A stretch of 64,000 nt of DNA, taken from the NCBI GenBank assembly GCA_963714095.1, contig OY970230.1:468084-532083 (forward strand). Reading direction: 5' to 3'. The position numbers and the translations under genes were made by a program. The stretch is from Candidatus Gottesmanbacteria bacterium. GTDB lineage: Bacteria > Patescibacteriota > Microgenomatia > UBA10105 > UBA927. Shown piece by piece: positions 29,115-39,396 of this stretch (the stretch's first letter is position 1; each line of letters begins with the position of its first letter). The notes under the pieces are model-generated. The model did no database searches. It worked only from the letters and a program-made list of their open reading frames with translations, and was not told where the DNA came from.

Positions 29115-29996
29115 TTATCCCTCCAATTCTTTTTCTTCTTTACCCGTAAAACTTTGTGTTTTGGAAAGTTTCTGACCCAGGACGTCGAACGAGCCGGAAA
29201 CGCTGCTCATGGTGTTATAGGCATTCCCGATGTGGCGACCTAAGACTCCGAGCTGTTCGCCGGTTTTTTCATAATCTTTTTGTATCGCGCGAAGAAGCCT
29301 AAATACTTCCCGTGATTTTTGCTCCAACTCTTTCCCCTGGAAACTCAGCAGTAATACCTGAAGGTGCGCATACAACGTATTCGGTGAAACAGGATACACA
29401 CGATTATTTCGCGCAAAGGTCATGAGCTCCTCAATTGTTGCGATTTCATAGTATACGGATTCCGACGGAATATACATGAGGGCAAAATCCATGGTTCCTT
29501 CTTCCGGCAGAATATACTTGCGGCTTATATCCGTTATGTGTTTTTTCACGTCAGAAACAAAATCCCGTTTTGCAGCAATACGGATTGCTTCTGTTTCTCC
29601 TCGGTGCATCAGGGTAAAATTTTCCATCGGAAATTTGGAATCAATACACAGCAAACCCGCATCAGTCTTTAGTACCGCATCAACTTTCACGCCGGACTTA
29701 AATGAATACTGCAAATGAAATGAGTTTTTTGGGAACGTCTGCCCGATCATGTCCTTTAATACCTGCTCGCCGATATTACCGCGGAGTTTCGGCGACTGCA
29801 AAAATTCCTGAAGCGACCTGATCCCGCGACCAAGTTCGGATATTTCACCAATCTGACGGTTTAAATCATTTAACCGTTTCGAAACATCCGCCGTAGATCC
29901 CTGCACAGTCGCTTGCATGGATTGAAGCCACTGCACCAGTACCCAAACGACGATACCCAACCCAACCGCAATACCGATTCCGAAAACGATTTCCAT
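29115..29996 (-). CDS. rmuC: DNA recombination protein RmuC (N-terminal TM plus coiled coil and RmuC domain)
   Basis: PKLRGNIGEQVLKDMIG...FPMENF...LMYIPSESVYYE RmuC family. Confidence 0.85.
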   Translation of the reverse strand: MEIVFGIGIAVGLGIVVWVLVQWLQSMQATVQGSTADVSKRLNDLNRQIGEISELGRGIRSLQEFLQSPKLRGNIGEQVLKDMIGQTFPKNSFHLQYSFKSGVKVDAVLKTDAGLLCIDSKFPMENFTLMHRGETEAIRIAAKRDFVSDVKKHITDISRKYILPEEGTMDFALMYIPSESVYYEIATIEELMTFARNNRVYPVSPNTLYAHLQVLLLSFQGKELEQKSREVFRLLRAIQKDYEKTGEQLGVLGRHIGNAYNTMSSVSGSFDVLGQKLSKTQSFTGKEEKELEG

Positions 29997-30032
29997 GCAG
30001 AAACACAATACCACAATTGGTATACTTATGTC

Positions 30033-30341
30033 ATGGACCGGCCAAAGAGGAATATATTGTGGCTAATTTTGGGAATTTGCGGACTAAGCCTATTAGGCTG
30101 GTTTATCAACACATACCAGCCGGAAAATATCTTTCTGCTCGTCCTCTTTTTTCTCATTATCGCTGGAACGGTATTTTTCTCTTCCCTCTTCCTCTTCAAA
30201 ATTGTGCGACGTGCTATCCTTGTAACGCTTGGCGTTATCGTGTGGCTCACGCTTCGCATGTTCGGGCTTCGGGATTTATGGTATCCGCTCCTCCTCATCC
30301 CATGCCTCATTTCCCTTGAGATACTCTTCAATAAACGATAG
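30033..30341 (+). CDS. small 3-TM membrane protein, hypothetical
   Basis: MDRPKRNILWLILGICGLSLLGWF...; hydrophobic throughout. Confidence 0.45.
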   Translation: MDRPKRNILWLILGICGLSLLGWFINTYQPENIFLLVLFFLIIAGTVFFSSLFLFKIVRRAILVTLGVIVWLTLRMFGLRDLWYPLLLIPCLISLEILFNKR

Positions 30342-30350
30342 AATCAGCTC

Positions 30351-31757
30351 ATGGCCAAATTTTATATTACCTGTGCAATCCCCTACGTCAACGCCCCGCC
30401 GCATGTCGGGCATGCACTCGAGTTTGTCCAGGGAGATGTGATTGCGCGCTACCATGCATTACTCGGAGAGGAAACGAGATTACTTTCCGGAGGAGATGAA
30501 AATGCTTTAAAAAACGTGCAGGCTGCGGAAAAAGCGGGCATACCGCTCAAAAAATTTATCGATATCAACACGCAAAAATTTCTTGAATTAACAAATGCGT
30601 TAGGATGCCGATTTGACATCTGGCAAAAAGGAAGCGACACAAAACATCATTACGCTGCTTCGCAGCAACTCTGGGAACTGTGTAAAAAGGATATTTTCAA
30701 AAAATCCTATGAAGGGCTCTATTGCATCGGGTGTGAACAGTTTTATACGAAGGACGAACTGGACGGCAACGGAGAATGTTTTGAACATCCCGGTAAAAAA
30801 CTGGAAATGGTCAAAGAAGAAAATTATTTTTTCCGGCTCTCTGAGTACCGGGAACAATTAATCAAACTTATTTCCGATGATACGATAAAAATTATTCCGG
30901 ATTTCAGAAAAAACGAGATGCTGTCATTTCTCAAACAGCCGCTGTTGGATATAAGCATTTCCAGAAGCAACGAGCGCGCCAAAAACTGGGGCGTACCGGT
31001 ACCGGGCGACAGCTCGCAGCGCATGTACGTATGGTTTGACGCACTCAATATTTATCAGAGCGGCATCGGGTTCGGATGGGACCAAAAACAGTATGAAAAA
31101 TGGTGGCCGGCAGATGTGCATGTGATCGGTAAAGGTATTACCCGCTTCCACGCAATTTACTGGCCAGCATTCTTATTATCCGCGGGACTCAAACTCCCGA
31201 AAAGTATTTTCGTCCACGGATATTTTACAGTCAACGGTCAGAAAATGAGCAAAACCGTCGGGAACGTCATTGATCCGTTTGAAATTATTAAAAAATATGG
31301 GGCGGATGCCCTGCGGTATTATCTTCTTCGGGAAATCCCCTCCTCTGCCGACGGCGATTTTTCCGAAAAGAGATTTAAAGAATTATATAATGCGGATTTG
31401 GCAAACGGCATCGGAAATTTAACCGCCCGTATTGCAAAACTGTGTGAATTAAATCAAGTGACGGTTTCTGAAAAATCATTACCTCTATTTTCATCTACTG
31501 ACCATCTCGCTCATTATGAATTTCACTTGGCGTTGGAGGAATTGTGGAAAGATATTAAAAAACTTGACGTTGAAATAAATACGGATAAACCATGGGAAAC
31601 GAAAGACGCGGAAAAACTCAAACAATATGTAACTGAACTTAAAAAAATCGCCGTTGCCTTACAACCTTTTCTTCCCGGCACGGCACAAAAAATTCTTGAA
31701 CAGTTCAAAGGTCCAAAAATTACATCATCTGCTCCCCTGTTCCCGCGGCTCACCTAA
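30351..31757 (+). CDS. metG: methionine--tRNA ligase, minimal form without C-terminal tRNA-binding domain
   Basis: PYVNAPPHVGHA (HIGH), KMSKTVGNVIDP (KMSKS), CxxC knuckle. Confidence 0.95.
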   Translation: MAKFYITCAIPYVNAPPHVGHALEFVQGDVIARYHALLGEETRLLSGGDENALKNVQAAEKAGIPLKKFIDINTQKFLELTNALGCRFDIWQKGSDTKHHYAASQQLWELCKKDIFKKSYEGLYCIGCEQFYTKDELDGNGECFEHPGKKLEMVKEENYFFRLSEYREQLIKLISDDTIKIIPDFRKNEMLSFLKQPLLDISISRSNERAKNWGVPVPGDSSQRMYVWFDALNIYQSGIGFGWDQKQYEKWWPADVHVIGKGITRFHAIYWPAFLLSAGLKLPKSIFVHGYFTVNGQKMSKTVGNVIDPFEIIKKYGADALRYYLLREIPSSADGDFSEKRFKELYNADLANGIGNLTARIAKLCELNQVTVSEKSLPLFSSTDHLAHYEFHLALEELWKDIKKLDVEINTDKPWETKDAEKLKQYVTELKKIAVALQPFLPGTAQKILEQFKGPKITSSAPLFPRLT

Positions 31758-31760
31758 CAT

Positions 31761-32537
31761 ATGTTTATCGATACCCATTGCCATCTCACATTTGCCGAAT
31801 ATGATCCGGACCGCGCAATGGTGATAGGCAATGCTAAAAAAGCCGGCGTAAAACAATGTATTTGTCCTGCTGTTGACCCGTTTTCTTCAAAACAAGTCGT
31901 GATACTTGCCCAAAAAAATCCAGGCGTAATCTTTGCAGCTATAGGATATCATCCATATGAAGCTCAGCATAATTCCGACGTCAAAACTCTGTACAAACTC
32001 TATGATGAGTATAAACAATATATCGTTGCCATCGGCGAAATAGGACTGGACTATCACCAATATAAAGGCGAGGAGGCGGCCGGGAAAAAACAAAATCAGA
32101 AAATCTTATTTGAAGAACAACTGCAACTGGCGCTGAAATATAACCTTCCGGTCATTATGCACTGCCGAGAAGCATTCGAGGATTTTTTTGCAGTTCTCGA
32201 TAATCTTTCTATCATGCCCCGCGGTGTCATCCATTGTTTTTCCGGAGGCTTGCAGGAAATCCGGTTCGCAAAATCCCATAATTTATATATCGGGATTGAC
32301 GGCAACGTCACATACAGTAAACAACTCCAGGCAACAGTTCCGAGTATTCCCCTTTCAACGCTGCTTCTGGAAACCGACGCACCGTATCTCACGCCGATCC
32401 CCCACCGCGGGCAGCGTAACGAGCCAAAATATATTCCGTTGATTGCAAACTGTATCGCCGCACTACAAAAAACCGACGCACGACTTATCGAAAAACAGAC
32501 AATGGATAACGCAAAGCGTCTATTTAACCTTTCATGA
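31761..32537 (+). CDS. tatD: TatD-family metal-dependent DNase/hydrolase
   Basis: MFIDTHCHL..., IGEIGLDYH; classic metG-tatD pairing. Confidence 0.9.
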   Translation: MFIDTHCHLTFAEYDPDRAMVIGNAKKAGVKQCICPAVDPFSSKQVVILAQKNPGVIFAAIGYHPYEAQHNSDVKTLYKLYDEYKQYIVAIGEIGLDYHQYKGEEAAGKKQNQKILFEEQLQLALKYNLPVIMHCREAFEDFFAVLDNLSIMPRGVIHCFSGGLQEIRFAKSHNLYIGIDGNVTYSKQLQATVPSIPLSTLLLETDAPYLTPIPHRGQRNEPKYIPLIANCIAALQKTDARLIEKQTMDNAKRLFNLS

Positions 32538-33232
32538 AAATATCCATCGTCATTCCCGCCCTCAATGAAGCGACCTTGCTCCCATATACGCTTGACTCTA
32601 TTGGGATGCTTACAAGAAAACCAGATGAGATTATTGTTGTCGATAACGGATCGACGGATGATACTGCAGCAATAGCCAAATCATATGGAGCAAAAGTTAT
32701 TCATGTGGCAACCCGGGGCATAGGACTCACCCGCCAAGAAGGCCTGAAGAAATCCTCCGGCGATATCGTCGCCTACACCGATGCGGATACAACCGTGCCG
32801 GTTGACTGGCTCACAAAAATTGAAAAAGCTTTACGGAAACCCGGTGTCGTGGGTGTTTTCGGCACATATAAAATTCACCGGGGTCATTGGTTTTTTAAAC
32901 TACACATGAACCATTTGCAGGATCCTCTTGCGCGCCTGCTCTATTTCCTACACTTCCCTATGGTAGCCGGCGCAAACTTTGCATTTCTTCGAAAACCCGC
33001 AATAGCCGCAGGCGGATTTCCTATCAATTTTATGATGCTTGAAGAAAATGAAATGGCGCGCCGCCTTATGAAAAAAGGCAGGGTTGTGTATATGCCCAGC
33101 CTTGTTGTTGTCACATCTGGACGAAGAGGAGATGAGGGTTTAGGATTAATTGCACGGTACATGCGCGCGCTGTTTTTTTATATTTTTTTAAAACGCGGTG
33201 ACCTCGTCAGTTTTAAGGATATCCGCAGCTAA
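32534..33232 (+). CDS. glycosyltransferase family 2 (soluble, DxD type)
   Basis: MKISIVIPALNEA...VVDNGSTDDT...YTDADT. Confidence 0.85.
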   Translation: MKISIVIPALNEATLLPYTLDSIGMLTRKPDEIIVVDNGSTDDTAAIAKSYGAKVIHVATRGIGLTRQEGLKKSSGDIVAYTDADTTVPVDWLTKIEKALRKPGVVGVFGTYKIHRGHWFFKLHMNHLQDPLARLLYFLHFPMVAGANFAFLRKPAIAAGGFPINFMMLEENEMARRLMKKGRVVYMPSLVVVTSGRRGDEGLGLIARYMRALFFYIFLKRGDLVSFKDIRS

Positions 33233-33262
33233 CCATAATCACATTTCTCTCTCAACCATTCC

Positions 33263-33271
33263 GTGGTATAA
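33263..33271 (+). promoter_or_regulatory. extended -10 element TGGTATAAT upstream of the membrane GT2 gene
   Basis: ccgTGGTATAATcaataatc, 37 nt before the ATG at 33308. Confidence 0.35.
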
Positions 33272-33307
33272 TCAATAATCAGATTATAGGTCGTTTAGAT
33301 TGCTCGT

Positions 33308-34789
33308 ATGCGCCAAATTTTTTCCCTATATCCCAACAAAACCCAGCGGCTTTTGGAAATACTTATCCCGAGTCTATCTTGGATGCTTATCACCATGCCA
33401 CTCTGGCTTTCTTTCTGGCATCCGGCTCTGGTGGCCTACCTTATTATCACATTTGATATTTACTGGTTTTATAAATCGTTTACCCTCGCCATTAACTCCG
33501 TCAAATCATTTATTACGCTCAATGCGCACGTCAAAATTGATTGGCTGGCGCTTGCCAGCCCGCTGCCTAATTTTGATTCGCTCCATCATGTTATTATCAT
33601 CCCTGAATTTCATGAACCTCTGCATATTCTCCAACGGACACTCGATAACCTGACAAAGCAGGATTTTCCGAAAGAAAGAATCATCGTTGTGTTGGCAACG
33701 GAAGAAAAAGATCCTGATGCCAAAATAAACGGAAAAATTCTGAAAGATGAATACGGCAACCGATTCGGTCATTTTCTGATGACCAGACATGTCCTTCATG
33801 CCGGCGAGGTGGCGGGAAAATCCAGCAATATGGCGTGGGCGGGTCGACGGGTGGTCAACCAAATGAAACACTGGAATATTTCTCCGGAAAATACAACCGT
33901 TACCTCATGCGACGCCGATGCTCTTCTCCATCCAAAATACCTTTCCTATTTATCCCACGAATTCCTCACTGATCCAATCCGCGAAAAACATATCTACCAA
34001 GGTGCTATCTTGTTTTATTCCAATATCTGGCGCATCCCGCTTCCGGGACGTGTTCTGAACACAATTTATAGCATCTCCAACCTGGCAATATTGAATGAAC
34101 ATCGGCGTCTAATGAATTTCTCTACGTATTCATTGTCGCTGGCTACGGCGATCAAGGCCGGTTATTGGGCGGTTGACGTCATACCTGAGGATTATCATCT
34201 CTTTTTCAAAGTATATTTTCTCTACGGAGAAGCAGTAAGTACAAAAAGTATTTTCCTTCCGATTCTTGTGGATGCAGCCGAGTCCCACGGATTCTGGCGC
34301 ACCATGGTCAATCAATATGAACAGTCCAAACGGTGGGCGTGGGGCATTTCGGACATCCCATTCGTCATCCGTAATATATTCATCCATAAGGAAATCCCTC
34401 TATGGGACAGACTGCGACGGTTGCTTCTCCTCATGGAACAACACGTATTTTGGTCCTCAAATTGGTTTATTTTAACGCTCGGAAGTACCATTCCCCCCAT
34501 CATTAACCCTGCGTTCGGACGCACGGTTTTGGGACATAATCTCGCACAGTTGTCCTCCGGCATTCTTACCCTTGCGATGGGATTTTTGCTTGTCGTCCTT
34601 ATCATCGACTGGCGCACAAAACCGCCCCGGCCGAAAGATTTTAAAGCGTGGCACCTGCCGTTTCTCTATATCCAGTGGCTTACACTCCCTATTGTGTCAT
34701 TCTTTTTATCAGCGCTTCCCGGCCTGGACGCCCATACGCGGCTCCTGTTGGGAAAACGATTGGAATATCGTGTAACGGAAAAGGTATAA
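33308..34789 (+). CDS. membrane-embedded processive family-2 glycosyltransferase (cellulose/chitin/hyaluronan synthase-like; DxD plus Q-x-x-R-W)
   Basis: N-terminal TMs, CDADA, QYEQSKRWAWG, C-terminal TM bundle. Confidence 0.8.
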   Translation: MRQIFSLYPNKTQRLLEILIPSLSWMLITMPLWLSFWHPALVAYLIITFDIYWFYKSFTLAINSVKSFITLNAHVKIDWLALASPLPNFDSLHHVIIIPEFHEPLHILQRTLDNLTKQDFPKERIIVVLATEEKDPDAKINGKILKDEYGNRFGHFLMTRHVLHAGEVAGKSSNMAWAGRRVVNQMKHWNISPENTTVTSCDADALLHPKYLSYLSHEFLTDPIREKHIYQGAILFYSNIWRIPLPGRVLNTIYSISNLAILNEHRRLMNFSTYSLSLATAIKAGYWAVDVIPEDYHLFFKVYFLYGEAVSTKSIFLPILVDAAESHGFWRTMVNQYEQSKRWAWGISDIPFVIRNIFIHKEIPLWDRLRRLLLLMEQHVFWSSNWFILTLGSTIPPIINPAFGRTVLGHNLAQLSSGILTLAMGFLLVVLIIDWRTKPPRPKDFKAWHLPFLYIQWLTLPIVSFFLSALPGLDAHTRLLLGKRLEYRVTEKV

Positions 34790-34798
34790 TGAAACAGT

Positions 34799-36118
34799 AT
34801 GCTTCAATTTCTCTTCCAACATACACCGCTTCTTTATTTTACTCAAAGCGTATGGAGAGATGAAGCATTTTCGGTCCTCATAGCCATCCGACCCATTTCA
34901 TTTATCGTCACCCACGTCAGTTTTGAGCCTCCGTTTTACTACATTCTCCTGCACTTCTGGATCAAAATTTTCGGTCAAAGTGAAATCGCCCTCCGAAGTC
35001 TTTCACTGGCGGCGTTTGCACTGGCGACTGCTATCGTCATCGCGTGGTCCGAAAAACTATTCCGCAAACACTGGCTCTCCTGGTGGCTGCCGATATTTTT
35101 CTTTTTCAATCCGATGCTTCTGTATTACGGCATGGAGGGACGAACCTACGGCTGGTATATCTTGTTTGCAACTCTTTCTCTTTGGGCATATACCGAACGG
35201 CGATGGGTACTCTTTACTTTCGCAACTATTCTGGGATTCTATACACACAGTTATTTCCTCATCGTACCATTTGCGCAGTGTGCCCATTATCTCTTCTCCC
35301 ATAAAAAAGAGCTGTTCCACCATGGACCCAAAATACTATTCAGGGATCCGTTTATCCGCGCGGGTATCGTAGCTGCGGTCTTCATCGCCCCGTGGTTCGT
35401 TGTCCTGGTTCACGAAGCGTCCATATTTAAACAATTGTGGTATTTTCCGGTGGACGCCAATCTTGTTGGTTCCGTATTGGGCAATTTATTTCTCGGATAT
35501 GAAGGTACTCCGTGGTATCTTTGGACATTTACGAAAATACTTTCCTTTCTCATTCTCGGTTTTAGCTTCTTTGCACTCAGGTCCAAAAAAAATCGTACAA
35601 CAGTATGGCTGCTCCTTGCGCAAATGTACCTCCCTCTCATCATCGTCATCGGTATTTCTTTTTTCAAACCCCTCTATGTCAACCGTTACGTTATTCCTGT
35701 AAGTATAGCGGAAGTATTTATCATTACTCTTGCAATATTCCGTATACAAAACGCTACTGTACAAAAAATAATTGCTGGTTTGTTCTTGTTGTTTATACTC
35801 GTATTCAATATCTGGTATCCCGATAAACACGCAAAATTGGACATCCGCACGACTCTCCAACAAATCAATGCTGTCAAAACAAAAACTGATGTCGTGATGG
35901 CTGACAATCCGCTTGTCTTTTTTGAAACGATCTATTACAGTACGGACAGAAACCGTGTCTTTCTTTACAACCCTGATAACAATCCTTTCCCGTGGTATGT
36001 CGGAGGCGTACTCATTTCCCCGTCCCAAATGGTTGCCACATACCCACCTTACCCCATCCGCGCGTTTATTGTACATACCAACGGAACGTTTGATGTTGTT
36101 TTCCGAAGGGCACTATGA
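34799..36118 (+). CDS. GT-C fold polytopic glycosyltransferase (PMT_2/ArnT-like, polyprenyl-phosphate-sugar dependent)
   Basis: 439 aa, ~11 TM, DE motif (WRDEAFS) in first loop, like ArnT/PMT enzymes. Confidence 0.7.
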   Translation: MLQFLFQHTPLLYFTQSVWRDEAFSVLIAIRPISFIVTHVSFEPPFYYILLHFWIKIFGQSEIALRSLSLAAFALATAIVIAWSEKLFRKHWLSWWLPIFFFFNPMLLYYGMEGRTYGWYILFATLSLWAYTERRWVLFTFATILGFYTHSYFLIVPFAQCAHYLFSHKKELFHHGPKILFRDPFIRAGIVAAVFIAPWFVVLVHEASIFKQLWYFPVDANLVGSVLGNLFLGYEGTPWYLWTFTKILSFLILGFSFFALRSKKNRTTVWLLLAQMYLPLIIVIGISFFKPLYVNRYVIPVSIAEVFIITLAIFRIQNATVQKIIAGLFLLFILVFNIWYPDKHAKLDIRTTLQQINAVKTKTDVVMADNPLVFFETIYYSTDRNRVFLYNPDNNPFPWYVGGVLISPSQMVATYPPYPIRAFIVHTNGTFDVVFRRAL

Positions 36119-36507
36119 ATATATTCCCGCACTTTCCAAACCAAACTCATCAGGACACATCCTCATGGAATGTCATAAGAAATAATTGGCTCATCAGCAT
36201 TGTGCATAAATTTGTCATTATTCTTTTTATTCTGTCCGTGGGTTTTCTTATATGGAGGTTTCCGGTGCTCCCGCCTGAGGTACCTCTCTGGTTCTCACGC
36301 CCGTGGGGAGCAGATCAGCTGGCATCCCCCTATTGGCTCGCACTACTGCCGGTAACCAGTTTTATCTGGTACGGCATCGACCTGGTGATCGGCAAGTATA
36401 TTACGGCGGAATATCTTATCTTCACACAAATGCTATTTTTATCATCGCTTATCGTAAGTATCCTTTCATTCATAACAATTATAAAAATTTTGTTTCTTGT
36501 ATCCTAA
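36115..36507 (+). CDS. small 4-TM membrane protein, hypothetical (translationally coupled to flanking genes)
   Basis: Overlaps upstream stop by 4 nt and downstream start by 11 nt. Confidence 0.45.
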   Translation: MNIFPHFPNQTHQDTSSWNVIRNNWLISIVHKFVIILFILSVGFLIWRFPVLPPEVPLWFSRPWGADQLASPYWLALLPVTSFIWYGIDLVIGKYITAEYLIFTQMLFLSSLIVSILSFITIIKILFLVS

Positions 36508-37594
36508 AACTGTGAATATCATCGTGCCGTTTGTTATTGCGATACTTGCTACCCTTACGGTAACCCCTTTTGTCATCAATATCGCTAAGGCACTGAAGCT
36601 CGTGGATAATCCGAAGTTACGATATCATCCCGCTCACACCCATAAAGGAATCGTCCCGCGCGCCGGAGGACTTGCCATCTTCATTGGACTCGCGGTAGCG
36701 ATTGCCCTTTTTATCCCGATGACCAAACTCTATATCGGCATTCTTGCAGGTGCAACACTCCTCGTTGTTGTCGGGCTCGTGGATGATCGGAAAGACATCA
36801 GCCCATATATCCGTCTCACCACCAACGCTATTGCCGCAATCATTATGGTAGGAGCCGGCGCAGGCATCCCGTATATCACCAATCCGTTAAACGGCGGCAT
36901 TATCCATTTAGATACCCTCCGCATAACATTTTCTTTTTTTGGCCCGCATTCTATTTTAGTCTGGGCGGACCTCTTAGCATTCGTCTGGATATTATGGACC
37001 ATGAATATCGTAGGCTGGTCTGCCGGTGTTGACGGCCAAATGCCGGGTTTTGTCGCTATTGCAGCGCTCACGCTGGGATTTCTGTCGCTGAGATTCACTA
37101 TGAAAGACCCCAGTCAGGAACCCATTACCATCCTTGCATTTATCGTAGCCGGAGTATTTACAGGATTCATTCCGTGGAACTTTTATCCTCAAAAAATTAT
37201 GCCGGGGTATGGCGGTAAAACGCTGGCAGGATTTTTATTGGCCATACTGGGTATTTTATCCTACGGTAAATTAGGAACCGCACTGCTGGTATTGGGTATG
37301 CCGACAACGGATGCCCTCTATACGCTCCTCCGTCGGATCGGAACAAAAAAATCGCCGGTACTGGCCGACCGCGGACATCTCCATCACCGGCTCCTTGATA
37401 TCGGGTGGGGAAAACGCCGGATCGCCTTGTTTTACTGGGGTGTGTCGGCTATACTGGGGATAATTGCGCTCACCGTAACAAGCAAACAAAAAGTGTTTGC
37501 GATGCTTTTAATTGCTGCAGCGGTGGGAGCTTTCCTGATATGGGTTCAATTCTTTACGCAATTCTCAAAGCCGCAAGACCCAGACAATGGGTAA
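36497..37594 (+). CDS. polyprenyl-phosphate N-acetylhexosamine-1-phosphate transferase (WecA/TagO/MraY family, GT4)
   Basis: GLVDDRKDISPY, multiple TMs, HLHHRLL motif. Confidence 0.85.
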   Translation: MYPKTVNIIVPFVIAILATLTVTPFVINIAKALKLVDNPKLRYHPAHTHKGIVPRAGGLAIFIGLAVAIALFIPMTKLYIGILAGATLLVVVGLVDDRKDISPYIRLTTNAIAAIIMVGAGAGIPYITNPLNGGIIHLDTLRITFSFFGPHSILVWADLLAFVWILWTMNIVGWSAGVDGQMPGFVAIAALTLGFLSLRFTMKDPSQEPITILAFIVAGVFTGFIPWNFYPQKIMPGYGGKTLAGFLLAILGILSYGKLGTALLVLGMPTTDALYTLLRRIGTKKSPVLADRGHLHHRLLDIGWGKRRIALFYWGVSAILGIIALTVTSKQKVFAMLLIAAAVGAFLIWVQFFTQFSKPQDPDNG

Positions 37595-38478
37595 AAAACC
37601 TCGCGCTTTTCACGACGATTCTGTTTACGGGAAATTTTTTCAACCAGCATGCGCTGACGCAAACCATTATTGCGTTCATCGCTTTTTGCCTATTATCATC
37701 TTCCAACTACATTTTTAATGATATATTGGATGCGCCGCATGACCGGAAACACCCGTTCAAAAAATTCCGTCCGATCGCAAGCGGCAAACTCTCAATCCCT
37801 GTTGCTGCAGGGACATCGATCGTTTTGGGGGCTGTAGGACTTGTCATAAGTCATACGGTTTCCAGCTCCTTTTTCGTCATCTCCATCGCGTTTGCCATCC
37901 TGCAGTATTCCTATACGTTATTTCTTAAACAAATAAGCGTCATCGATATTCTCACCATTACCACAGCGTATTTCTTACGCGTGTATGCGGGTGAAGCTGC
38001 CACCGGCTATCACATATCTGTGTGGCTGGCACTCGCGGCTCTGTCACTGGCACTTTTTCTGGCCATCGGAAAACGGCGGGCAGAACTTACCCTTCTGCAA
38101 AAATACGAGGGTGTCGTCCCCAGGGACACGCGGGAAACCCTTTCCCACTATTCGGAAAAACTTTTAGATACGTATACCGCCATGTTTGCCAACAGTACGT
38201 TTATCACCTACGCGTTCTACACATTTTTGGAGCGGCCGCCCAATCAGGGACTTTTATTCAAAAACTATTACGATTTTACACTCGACATTTCCGGCCGCAA
38301 ATGGCTCATGATTTCCATCCCGTTTGTCCTTTTCGGTATTATGCGGTATATGGAGCTGATTTATGAAGGAAAAGGTGAGTCGCCGGAAAAAATTCTTATG
38401 TCCGATCTGCCGCTCCTGACAACCGTTATTTTATGGACGCTTTCCATCTTCGTCGTAGTGTACGTCATTGGGGGATAA
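37540..38478 (+). CDS. UbiA-superfamily prenyltransferase resembling decaprenyl-phosphate 5-phosphoribosyltransferase (DPPR synthase); start at MGSILYAIL, overlapping the WecA-like gene by 55 nt
   Basis: NDILDAPHDRKHPFKKFRPIASG motif (NDxxDxxxDRxHPxKxxRPIAxG) plus 8-9 TMs. Confidence 0.75.
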   Translation: MGSILYAILKAARPRQWVKNLALFTTILFTGNFFNQHALTQTIIAFIAFCLLSSSNYIFNDILDAPHDRKHPFKKFRPIASGKLSIPVAAGTSIVLGAVGLVISHTVSSSFFVISIAFAILQYSYTLFLKQISVIDILTITTAYFLRVYAGEAATGYHISVWLALAALSLALFLAIGKRRAELTLLQKYEGVVPRDTRETLSHYSEKLLDTYTAMFANSTFITYAFYTFLERPPNQGLLFKNYYDFTLDISGRKWLMISIPFVLFGIMRYMELIYEGKGESPEKILMSDLPLLTTVILWTLSIFVVVYVIGG

Positions 38479-39351
38479 CTATTCCACTTTATCAACGTAT
38501 TGTCCAGACACCCAACCGGTATTTGTCCCGTCATAACGGATTTCGTACCAACCGTTTTGCGTGTCCAAAATTGTAAATTTATCTCCAGGATTAATACGCG
38601 CCGCCTCAGTCGCACTGACAGATGGATCCATACGTACGCGCAAAAACCCGGTCGGCGTATCTTTAACAACGAGATACGGCTTATCCGGATTAGCTTGCGC
38701 GGATGATGACGCTGTTTTCGGCCCGCCAGTCGGCGAGGCAAGCGTCGGCGAGGAACTGGCTACAGGAGCCTGCCCGCCGGAAGAAAGCCCTAATTTCATT
38801 GTAGTAATAAGTCTGTATCCCGCCGTCGTGCGAATCTTCAGCGTCCGGGTAAGAAACCCGGCGCTGGTTACCGTTACCGTATGATCCCCGGGAGTAATGT
38901 CGGAAATGGAAATCGGCGTTACTCCCCGCGTCACATCATCCACTAATACGCTTGCACCGTCAGGATTGGTTGTCACGGATAACTCCGATTGCTTACTGGA
39001 TATTTTTTCAAGCCAAAGAATATCCACGGCGGAAGACAGATCCGAATCAGTAAGATCCGCATTGACGTACGTTAAAAGATTTGGTCCTACAACGATATTC
39101 CCCTCCCAACTAGCAAGCTGAGTTGTAGTCGAATCCGGGACAAGTTTAATCGTGAAGCTACCGGCGCCCACTTTATCCTGAAACGGGGTACGCCCGAGGC
39201 TCTTATTATCCAAAAATATTGAAGCTGCAGGATTACTGTCGACACGAAGTTCTCCCTGTTTCGGACCCTGGTTGGTGAGAAATTTAACGGCCAATGCAAC
39301 TGCCCCAACCAGACCCAGAAGAATGAGAATAAAAACGATTTTACGCTTCAT
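38479..39351 (-). CDS. secreted/membrane-anchored PEGA-domain protein with C-terminal bacterial SH3 (SH3b) domain
   Basis: ELSVTTNPDGASVLVDDVTRGVTPISISDITPGDHTVTV (PEGA); C-terminal GDKFTILDTQNGWYEIRYDGTNTGWVSGQYV (SH3b). Confidence 0.7.
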   Translation of the reverse strand: MKRKIVFILILLGLVGAVALAVKFLTNQGPKQGELRVDSNPAASIFLDNKSLGRTPFQDKVGAGSFTIKLVPDSTTTQLASWEGNIVVGPNLLTYVNADLTDSDLSSAVDILWLEKISSKQSELSVTTNPDGASVLVDDVTRGVTPISISDITPGDHTVTVTSAGFLTRTLKIRTTAGYRLITTMKLGLSSGGQAPVASSSPTLASPTGGPKTASSSAQANPDKPYLVVKDTPTGFLRVRMDPSVSATEAARINPGDKFTILDTQNGWYEIRYDGTNTGWVSGQYVDKVE

Positions 39352-39396
39352 TACCTTACGATCATAGCACACCAACACAATTTTGGGCAACCGAAG

